In this document: in pieces, positions 1 to 9,001 of the stretch
How the letters are laid out: each line of letters starts with the position of its first letter
How positions within the stretch are numbered: position 1 is the first letter of the stretch
Assembly (NCBI GenBank): GCA_021613535.1
Contig: CP075495.1
Span: 4,650,001 to 4,714,000, forward strand
Source: Adineta vaga
Taxonomy: Eukaryota > Animalia > Rotifera
Length of the DNA: 64,000 nt
Direction: 5' to 3'
Translations under genes and position numbers: made by a program
The notes under the pieces: model-generated
The model's input: the letters and a program-made list of their open reading frames with translations, nothing else
What the model was told of the DNA's origin: nothing
The model's database searches: none

Positions 1-632
1 TAACTGAAGATTTTCGAAATGTTTTTTTAAATTACAAACACCTAAACCGCAATCAATAATTAAATCACGTGCTGTACCACGTATAAACCAAATATTTGAA
101 CGATTGGCTTCGAAAAAATGATTTTCATTTGTTAAATATAGATTACAATCAATTCGTCGTGTATTAAACCATCGAGGATTGTCAATTATAGCCATTTAAT
201 TCTTTTTTTAATAATTGAATAAGAAAAATAATATCTTTGACTATTTGTTGATTACTTATTACAAATCCGTGTCGGAAGGATTTGATTCGTTTAATTTATA
301 TTAAGTGCAGTAGATGGCGTCATACATAATACGACAATATTTGGTATTACTCAAATTGTATTATCTGTAAAATTCATATTTTCTCATTTTATTGATAATA
401 AAGACATGTAAAAAAAGAAGAAGAACTACAGTTCACACGAAGAAAGAATACGAAACGCAGACAAGATTCTGTTTCATTAGCAAATTAAAACAAGTACTGA
501 ACTATGTATGTTGAACATAAAATGAAAATGATATTAATCATATTTAGTTGTACGTTGTACAGAGCAAAAAAACACCAAAATCTGACATATATACATTGAA
601 TCAAGCAAACACAAAAAAAGAAGAAAGAATGA

Positions 633-2550
633 TTAGTATTTTTTTCGATTGTCTAATTCTTGACCATTGATATCTTGTAGCTTACTTTCAGTCATCGTTA
701 AACGTGTTTCAAGAATAGCTACTGTTTTTGTTAAAATATCTAATTGTTGAACAATATGTTCAAGAGTATTAGTTAATTGAGGTGAATATGCTTGATGAAC
801 ATTGCTTTCAATGTCATATGTTGAACGATTGTTTTTACTGATTCCATTCGTTGTTGGTGCAGAATTCACTAGGCATGCTGAAGCACTATTGGACTAGAAG
901 ATTCAAATGATGAATATTCAAAAGAACTAATTAAAATCGTTTCATTTACTCGAGATACACCATTTTCATATGCTGGACCAATATTTGTTATTTCAAGACG
1001 ATCACCATCATCGAACATTGGATTTGTTGATTTTCCATTAAGTATATCAATCTAAATAGATAGATGATTCCAATGGATTTTGAATACACTAATAATTAGA
1101 ATTGTCTAACTTTTCTTGCTTGTCGTTCATCATTTGTTTCTGGATATGATTTTTCTTTTAATGATGATATTTGAGATTTCTTTTGTTGATTAGTTGCTGA
1201 TGAAACTCGTGCTGATGGATTATAATCATTTGTTGATACATCATTACCACTTGTATATTTATTATTTGTTGCATTTATTGATTCAGCAAATGGAATAGCC
1301 GCATCGAAATTTGTTTTCCAAACAAGTACCTTGAAAAGAAAACTCAAGTACAAGAACATCGTTCGTTTGATTTCAAAGGCAATTTACTTGTTGATCTTGA
1401 CCACCCGATGCAAAATAATCTCCTTGTTTAGAAAATGCAACGCTTGTTGCTGGTCCCTTGAAAAAATAAAAAAATAATTTATCGATGATCATTATAATAA
1501 GTATGTCTTACTTGGTGTCCATGTAAAGTATAAATCAGACGTCCTTCTAATAAATCAAATAATTTCAAAGTAGCATCACTAGATGCTGTTAGAAGAAAAT
1601 TTCCATTTGGATGAAATGCAACACTATTCACTGATGCTACATGATCTAAAAATGGCAAGACATGTCGGAATAAAGAAAATACATGTGTTATATTTGTCTT
1701 ACTTGCATAGTGTTGAATCAATTTTCGTGTTCGAATATCCCAAATTTTGACACTTGCATCTGTACATCCACCACCAATACAGGTACCACTTGGATGAAAT
1801 GCAACATCATTAAGAAAACCATGTGGTTCATAGAATGTATGCATACATTCATTCGTATTTCGATCCCATATTTTAACTGTTTTATCGTCACTGCAACTAA
1901 CAATTAATCGTCCATCGGGTGAAAATTTCGCACAACGAACCCAATTCGAATGTTGATTAAGTGAAAATTGAAATTTTTGTCGATGAACTGTCCAAATTTT
2001 AATCGTTTTATCTTCAGATGAACTTAATATACTTTGACCATCGCTGGAGAAATCAACACATCGAACAGCAGCTGTATGTGCTTTGAAAACAGTTGATTCA
2101 CCTTTAACACTTGGAATCCAAAGACGAACTTTTTTATCTTTGGAACCAGAAGCAATCAAATGACCTGATGGTGAAAAACATACAGAATGAACAGCATCCT
2201 AGAGGAAAGAAACAATCGATTATTATAGAAAATCTTAAAACTATTTGTTATACATTATGACCGACGAAACGATAAGCTCGAACTTGTGGTTTAAATGGCC
2301 ATAAGAAGAGACATGCATCCAAACTGCCAGATACTAGAAATAGAAAAAGGATAATGATGATAATGATAATCTATTTGAAAGAAAATTGTAAAATATATAA
2401 ATACCAAGTTGTTTTGTATTTGGTGAGAAACTAAGAGATGTAACAGTACTACGATGACTTTTAAAATGTTTTTCTAATTTTGGATCTTCCTAGAAATAGT
2501 TGAAATTTAAAGTATATGAAGAAAGTTGTATTATTCGAAAAATTTACCAT
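633..2550 (-). CDS. POC1: POC1 centriolar WD40 protein (multi-exon)
   Basis: ATG at 2550 followed directly by an intron, then [23 protein letters not shown]; WD40 repeats ([28 protein letters not shown]); C-terminal POC1 coiled coil [29 protein letters not shown]; short GT-AG introns join the ORF pieces. Confidence 0.93.
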
Positions 2551-2659
2551 TAATTAGTTAGTATGAAAAGAAATCAATAAACATACTCAATGTTAATTCT
2601 TTGTTCAAATATTATATTACACGTCCATTATATTGGCATCCGACATCAATTCGACAAAT

Positions 2660-2672
2660 ATTCCTAGACAAC
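2660..2672 (-). promoter_or_regulatory. Putative RFX X-box upstream of POC1 (GTTGTCTAGGAAT)
   Basis: 13-nt imperfect palindrome resembling GTTNCN-N-RGNAAC, about 110 nt upstream of the ATG of a centriolar gene. Confidence 0.4.
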
Positions 2673-2867
2673 CGCTGAGGTTTGATCATAAAAGAACTGA
2701 TTGAAATTTATTTTTTTCAAATGATTTTGAAATGACTCCAAACATAATTTTTTGGATTTTTATTGTTACAAAAAAGTATCGATTATATTTTAAAATAAAT
2801 GATTTTGAAAGATGGCGCTAGTCTATTATTGAACTATATAGGTTTATTCATCCAACAAACATATATA

Positions 2868-5135
2868 TTACATGTTGAAAGAACCTTGTAATTTAATATC
2901 GTTTTTATTAGCAGATGTTGAAATCCAAACAGTATATGTACCAGATGCTATGGTCCATTTTTGATTAATAACATTCCAATATGAAATATCTTTTTGTGTT
3001 AATGTCAATGTAATTTGTTTAGATTCACCAGAAGTTAAGTAGACACGTTCGAAACCACGTAATACTTTTGGTGGTTGTGCAGCTTCGTCAGGAAAGGCAA
3101 CATAAAGTTGTGGTACTTCAGATCCTTGACGTTTGCCAGTATTGGTTATTGTAAATGTAATTTCATAGACTGGTTCATATAATTTTGTATTACCCATATT
3201 TGAATATGATCGTATTTGATATTGACGATTATCTGATCGGCTAGATTGTTTACCATGAACTATATTGGAGATATCAAGTGCAGAGAATGAAAATGTAGTA
3301 TATGATAATCCATAACCAAAAGGATATCGTGGAACAATATTATATTTATCAAAATGACGATAATCTAAGAAGACACCTTCAGTATAATTAGAATTGTACA
3401 ATTCAGTAATGTTTGTACCAAAATCTGAATCATTTTTTGCTAAAGTAAAAACGAGTTTACCACCAGGATTATAATCTCCAAATAGAACATCAACAATAGC
3501 AGGTCCATATTCTGATCCTGGCAAACCAGACCAGATAACACCGACAACATTGGGATGATCAATCCATGCTTCAATATTTAATTGTGAAACACTATTTACA
3601 ATAACAATAGTGTTTGTACAACGTGAAGCAACTGTTTGAACCAATTTATCACCATCATTAAAAGCATGAAGATTATATCTATCTCGTCCTTCAGTCGACC
3701 AAGCATTAACAAAAACAAGACATTTTGCATTTCCAAATCCACGAACATTAAATGAATTATTAATAGCATTATAATCATTTTGATTAGTAACATATTGAAT
3801 TTGAATATGAGAATCTCGAGCTTTAACTAAGAGTGAAGTAAGAGGATCAATACTATATGTTGGTCGAACATAACCAGAACCACCACCTTGATATAATGCA
3901 CCATTGAATCCTTCATCAGATCCCCATGGACCAAGACCATCATTAAATTGACCTGCAGCTGATCCAAAAACAGAATAATATTTATCTTGACTAACATTAA
4001 ATGGTAACACATTATTTGTATTCTTTAATAAAATAATACCAGCAGTACCCACTTCTCGATTAATTTTATAGTTATCTTCAGTAGCATCACGATCTAAATC
4101 TAATGTTGGATAATCTTGATCTTGTCCAAGTAAAAAATAAGGTGCAAGTACTCGAACAATCATATCATCAATTCTTGCTTCAGTAATTGAACCACTTCTT
4201 ACTGCTTGTATAAGAGAATAACCAAGAAATCCATCACCACCTGGCATTTCAATATCTAAACCTCCTAAAGCTGATGGAACACCAGTTTTTGTTGCTCCCC
4301 AATCAGACATAACATTCCCTTGAAATTCAAGTTCATTTTTCAAAAGTCCATTTAATGTTTTATCATTTTGACATGCTTGTGTACCGTTGACTTGATTATA
4401 TGAACACATAATAGAACCAGCACCAGCAGCAACACTAGCAGCAAATGGCCAAAGATAAATTTCATGAATTGTTTTATCATCAAGATTAGCTGAGTAACCT
4501 TGAGAATTAATATCATCTACTTTGGGAAAATCAGCGACAAGACCATAAAAACGATTTGTTTCTTGTTCATTACAAATATAATGTTTAGCAGTAGCTACAA
4601 CACCTTGATCTTGAAGACCTTGAACATAATAGAATGAATTTTCACCAGAAAGATAAGGATCAGAACCAAATCCTTCCCAATTACGACCATGAAGCGCATT
4701 ACGATCAATATTCATCATTGGACCCAGAGCAAAATGAACACCTTTACCTCGAAATTCTTTACCAATTGCTACAGCACGTCGATAAAAAAGATCTCGATCC
4801 CAAGTTGCAGCTATTTGTATACCAGGCGCAAACGCCGTCGAAAACTGTACACCATCACCGACACCCGATGGTGAATCTTGAAAACACATTCCATGAAAAT
4901 TTAATCGTGGTACAGGAAAAACAGTTCCAGCACATGGACCTGGTACACCTGCAGTCATATTACATTTCTCTTCTAATGTCATTTGTGCAACAAATGCTTT
5001 AGCTAAAGCAATGGCTTCATTCCATGTTCTGCTTTCAAATTTCTGATTCTTTTGAATATTAGATTGAATCACTGCAGAATAAGTGACTACAAGACACACA
5101 CTAATGATAATCACAGAAAACCAATTACCGACCAT
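2868..5135 (-). CDS. Secreted GH3 beta-glucosidase, fungal Cel3A/BGL1 type, intronless
   Basis: Signal peptide from MVGNWFSVIIISVCLVV (ATG 5135; the ORF track starts at an upstream GTG). Motifs MTLEEK, GRNWEGFGSDPYL, AKHYICNEQE, MCSYNQVNG, nucleophile MSDW, likely acid/base Glu in WSTEG, YPFGYGLSYTTF, FnIII tail EVPQLY/LRGFERV. Confidence 0.95.
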   Translation of the reverse strand: MVGNWFSVIIISVCLVVTYSAVIQSNIQKNQKFESRTWNEAIALAKAFVAQMTLEEKCNMTAGVPGPCAGTVFPVPRLNFHGMCFQDSPSGVGDGVQFSTAFAPGIQIAATWDRDLFYRRAVAIGKEFRGKGVHFALGPMMNIDRNALHGRNWEGFGSDPYLSGENSFYYVQGLQDQGVVATAKHYICNEQETNRFYGLVADFPKVDDINSQGYSANLDDKTIHEIYLWPFAASVAAGAGSIMCSYNQVNGTQACQNDKTLNGLLKNELEFQGNVMSDWGATKTGVPSALGGLDIEMPGGDGFLGYSLIQAVRSGSITEARIDDMIVRVLAPYFLLGQDQDYPTLDLDRDATEDNYKINREVGTAGIILLKNTNNVLPFNVSQDKYYSVFGSAAGQFNDGLGPWGSDEGFNGALYQGGGSGYVRPTYSIDPLTSLLVKARDSHIQIQYVTNQNDYNAINNSFNVRGFGNAKCLVFVNAWSTEGRDRYNLHAFNDGDKLVQTVASRCTNTIVIVNSVSQLNIEAWIDHPNVVGVIWSGLPGSEYGPAIVDVLFGDYNPGGKLVFTLAKNDSDFGTNITELYNSNYTEGVFLDYRHFDKYNIVPRYPFGYGLSYTTFSFSALDISNIVHGKQSSRSDNRQYQIRSYSNMGNTKLYEPVYEITFTITNTGKRQGSEVPQLYVAFPDEAAQPPKVLRGFERVYLTSGESKQITLTLTQKDISYWNVINQKWTIASGTYTVWISTSANKNDIKLQGSFNM

Positions 5136-5659
5136 TGTTAAACGAATATCCACTACCCTTGGGTTTTTCGAATATATTTAGTTATATATAATATGAGAAA
5201 AGAAAATGAATGCAAGATATTTTATCTTTTATCAACATTATTCAAGCACAGTTACACATACCACCCTAGGTTTATTCTTTAGTTGTTTCTTTACAAGTAA
5301 TATCATTTGATATCAATGATATCCATACTGATAAAAGGGTGTGTCAATAAATATTGTTAGTTTTTCATATAAACACATAAAGATAAGTTTAAAAAATATT
5401 CGCCTTTACCGAATACATGATTTTTTTAGGTTCAGAAAAGGTTTTAATTTAATACTTAGACAACGAGAATGACAACATATACGATTTTACTTAACCAACG
5501 ATTTGAAATACAGATTTGACAAAAGTTTCGTTTTTATTCAAGAATATAATGAATTTGATAATAAAAAAATGCACAGAATCATCGATTCAATGATTAAAGT
5601 GTACTCATAATAAAGAATTTATACTAAGAAATCAGAAACGAATTAATACAAGTAATTGA

Positions 5660-6388
5660 CTAAACTTCGTCAGATAATGATGATGTCATATAATCATCGA
5701 TATGGTCAAGAAGTGCGTTTACTTCATTAAATTCTTTCTTCAACGGTGTATTTTCCATTTCGCTATAACGTTGATATAATATATGACTCCACGTTAATCG
5801 ATGTTTAACGTCTGCACTATTTAAAGGAACTTTGTCTAGTAGACGTTTACTTTCAACGAGAAAATTATCTGCTATATCACGTACCATACGTGATAATAGA
5901 TCTGCATCGAAATTAAATATCTGTATATAGTCTCTAAAGGAAAGTGCCCATTCCATTTGCATTTCAATATTATGACAGAAGACATATATGGATGTGTATG
6001 GGTTTTTGGAAATCGGATCTGTAAATGTTTTGAGAAATCTTTTGAGAACTTTCGGTACAGCTTCCTCTCCCAGGGAGCCCGAAACAATAAAGAAGATTCG
6101 TCGGTGTTGATTTCGTTCGAAACAATCAATACAACGTTCAACATCTTTGAATGCTGCTAAGAGAAACCAAATACCTTCAAAATGAATCGGTAAAGGACCT
6201 TCTGCACGAAGAATATTATCAAAATCTTTATCAATTAATGCTAACGGAGTTTCATTTTTTGGATCAGCTGTTGTCGAAAATGCTTTCTTCAGATGCTGAT
6301 ATCGATTGGGATTTCCAATTCCTTTATCTAACCATATAAGCATATGAGTTGGATCTTCATCATTGGGAATTGTAGCATCATGGGGCAT
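5660..6388 (-). CDS. Stand-alone receiver-like (pseudo-REC) domain plus helical tail, paralog 1
   Basis: ATG at 6388 (MPHDATIP), 6 nt after a TTTCAG acceptor; motifs LIWLD, RIFFIVSGSLG, SIYVFC, LLSRMVRDIA shared with the two neighbouring genes. Confidence 0.8.
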   Translation of the reverse strand: MPHDATIPNDEDPTHMLIWLDKGIGNPNRYQHLKKAFSTTADPKNETPLALIDKDFDNILRAEGPLPIHFEGIWFLLAAFKDVERCIDCFERNQHRRIFFIVSGSLGEEAVPKVLKRFLKTFTDPISKNPYTSIYVFCHNIEMQMEWALSFRDYIQIFNFDADLLSRMVRDIADNFLVESKRLLDKVPLNSADVKHRLTWSHILYQRYSEMENTPLKKEFNEVNALLDHIDDYMTSSLSDEV

Positions 6389-6460
6389 TTTTATCTGAAA
6401 TAAGTCTTGTATATTATATTTATAAATAGTAAGCAAAAGAAAAATTATTAATTCTTTTTA

Positions 6461-7180
6461 TTATTCAGAAGAAACCGCATGATTATTTCCATAATCACTC
6501 GACTGTTTGATTTGTTTTTCAGTAAATTCAATGCGATCGATTACATAGCTTATTCGATCATACATTTTTGTCCCAGTGTAATTATTAGCTCGTTCGAGAA
6601 GTAATTTTGCCCAATTAAAATAATAAATTGCTGAATATGCTAATGTGTTATCTAAACCTAATTCAGTATTTCCTTGCGTGATGAAATATTCAGCAACATC
6701 TCGCATTAATCGAACTAGCAAATCACTAGGAAAATCAATCATAATACAACTAATTCCTTTCTCTAAACAATCGAAAGACCATTCTACATGTGCCTGGCCA
6801 TGACAACAAAATACGTAAATTGTTTCCAAAGATGAATATTTGTTAATAATATCTGAGACAATTTCTTTTCCCATGGTACCTGACGTAATAAAGAAGATTT
6901 TCTTCTTTTCTTTTATCATTGTGTCGATATAGTTCAGACATTCGTTTGATTCATGAAATGCTTTCAAATTATCTGGTATACTTTGAAATGAGTCTTGAAC
7001 ATCAGTATAGACTTGTGTTAACCTTTCAATCATATCACGTTCTGGAGATACTGGGAATTTACTGTATGGATCTATCTGCCCACCAACACTGCATTTTAAT
7101 CGCATGTTTGATCCCATCAATCCAATATATTTGTCAAGCCAAACGATTACATAATTTGGTTTTGGTATTGGAGTAGCCAT
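6461..7180 (-). CDS. Stand-alone receiver-like (pseudo-REC) domain plus helical tail, paralog 2
   Basis: 239-aa ORF; motifs IVWLDKYIG, KIFFITSGTMG, TIYVFC, LLVRLMRDVA. Confidence 0.82.
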   Translation of the reverse strand: MATPIPKPNYVIVWLDKYIGLMGSNMRLKCSVGGQIDPYSKFPVSPERDMIERLTQVYTDVQDSFQSIPDNLKAFHESNECLNYIDTMIKEKKKIFFITSGTMGKEIVSDIINKYSSLETIYVFCCHGQAHVEWSFDCLEKGISCIMIDFPSDLLVRLMRDVAEYFITQGNTELGLDNTLAYSAIYYFNWAKLLLERANNYTGTKMYDRISYVIDRIEFTEKQIKQSSDYGNNHAVSSE

Positions 7181-7563
7181 TATTTATAAAATTTCGCTAA
7201 TCTAAAATCGACATATGCGCGTAGAAATTTTATTTTATCGAGCACTTCCATTTTTTTTCCTGAAGGAAAATCAAGTAGAAGACGTCGATAAATAAAATCG
7301 ATGAGAATCATTAGTAAGACTTTGAGTACTTGTTTAATACGTTACATTATCTCAAATAACGGCGACTTTTTTTTCGACAAGCGTAGTTGACAGTTGTGAT
7401 ATGCATAGAAGCATTGGGGAAAAAACCAACAGGAAGAAAAGAAAGAAAAAAAGCAAATGTTTTTCTCTCTCTCTTTTTCAAATATTGAGTCGCTTGAATA
7501 CTTATGCAACGATTTATTTCGAAATAATTGTACTAAATTACAGATAACAATAAAGTATTATAA

Positions 7564-8277
7564 TCATTGTTCACCAGATTCTTGTTGCGATATTTGTTCA
7601 TCATGTTCATGATCTTTTGTCGTTTCTGGATATTGTTGTTGATTAAACATGTTTTTCGCTATTTGTATAAGTCCAATATTACCTTCATAATTATCCAAAA
7701 TTCTTAATTGCGAATAAACTGGATCATTCAACGTATCGACTGCATTTGCTGTGATATTCAATATTCGAGCATTTTCAAAGCATTTCAGTGCATCGTTTGG
7801 ACACTTTAAATTTAAATAATCTTTTCCTTGTGTAATAATATCCTTGGATATATTACGTGTGAGCCGTACAAGTAAATCAATTTCATTATCGAACATTGAT
7901 AAGCATGATAGATAGTCAGCGGCGAATTCAGCATGTTTCTCGATAAGAGCACAAAAAATATAAAATGAATGAACTTGAGGATATTCAACCTTAATTTGTG
8001 GAATAATTTGTTGACCAAGTAAACCCGATGATATGAAAATTATCTTTTTCTTGTTTTCCCTCTCAATAAGTTCGATCGCTCCATCACATGTATCAGCAAA
8101 TAAAAATGGGGCAGCATTTTCATTTAAAGCACAAATAAGTGAATCAATTTGATCAGGTGGCATGACAGTTGTTGACTCCAATGCAGTACGAAACATTCGT
8201 TTGAATTGATGACATTCTCCTTCTTGACCAATATATTGATCTAGCCAAATGAAACGAATACCATTTGCTAGAGCCAT
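7564..8277 (-). CDS. Stand-alone receiver-like (pseudo-REC) domain plus TPR-like helix, paralog 3
   Basis: 237-aa ORF; motifs FIWLDQYIG, KIIFISSGLLG, SFYIFC, LLVRLTRNIS, then ALKCFENARIL; TATATAA about 65 nt upstream. Confidence 0.82.
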   Translation of the reverse strand: MALANGIRFIWLDQYIGQEGECHQFKRMFRTALESTTVMPPDQIDSLICALNENAAPFLFADTCDGAIELIERENKKKIIFISSGLLGQQIIPQIKVEYPQVHSFYIFCALIEKHAEFAADYLSCLSMFDNEIDLLVRLTRNISKDIITQGKDYLNLKCPNDALKCFENARILNITANAVDTLNDPVYSQLRILDNYEGNIGLIQIAKNMFNQQQYPETTKDHEHDEQISQQESGEQ

Positions 8278-9001
8278 GTGAAATACGAATAAGAATAGAT
8301 TTTACTACAATTATCTTCGTCGATGTTTGCCTCTAGTAGTTATATATGCAGAAAGAAATAACTCTTATTTCACATAACGCAAGAACGAGAGACATCGTTT
8401 TCGGCGAAAAATATTGCGATTCTATGTCTTGCATTTTCCTTTGCTTATTTAATTGAAAAAAAATTTAATGTAAAGATAAAAATATTTGAATATAGGTAAA
8501 TATATTATACTTTATGTCAAGTATGGTTTTTTGGTAAACAAATCGTTGAGTGACTTGCTTACTTCATTATCTTAAATTTAAAAACAAAAAAATGTATTGG
8601 TTGAATACTTTTTCCAATACAAAAATAACTTTCAGTATGGCTCAGTCATTGTGATATAACAGAACAGAACAGAACATAAAGTTTTAGTTGTTTGAAATAT
8701 CTGTATTGAAATTCTTTTTTGTCAGTCAATATCAGCTTGAACTGTTTGTTGATTGGTAAAAATAAAACAGTAATTTGGATTATAATTCAAGTTTCTTGCA
8801 TTTGAAGTAATGTGTAACCACGTATCATTTCTTAAGAGATTACTTTTTGCATCTCAGTATTAATTTAAAAAATATACGAAAAAGTTTGTTTTTTCCTGGA
8901 AGGATGCAATGTCATCATCAATAAGTAAATATTTCGAATTTTTGATATTTTATTTCAAATTCAATAGTATTTATGATATTAAAAGGTTACTTTCATTGTT
9001 T

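Noticed and set aside
3596-5002. Short alternative-frame and antisense ORFs inside GH3 (and similar ones inside other genes)
   Set aside because: They overlap well-supported CDSs and have the composition of off-frame translations.
2868-8277. Bacterial contamination or prokaryotic operon explanation for the intronless genes
   Set aside because: Same AT-rich composition as the flanks, TATA, AATAAA and splice-acceptor signals, a eukaryotic signal peptide, no evident Shine-Dalgarno sites, and contiguity with intron-rich animal genes.
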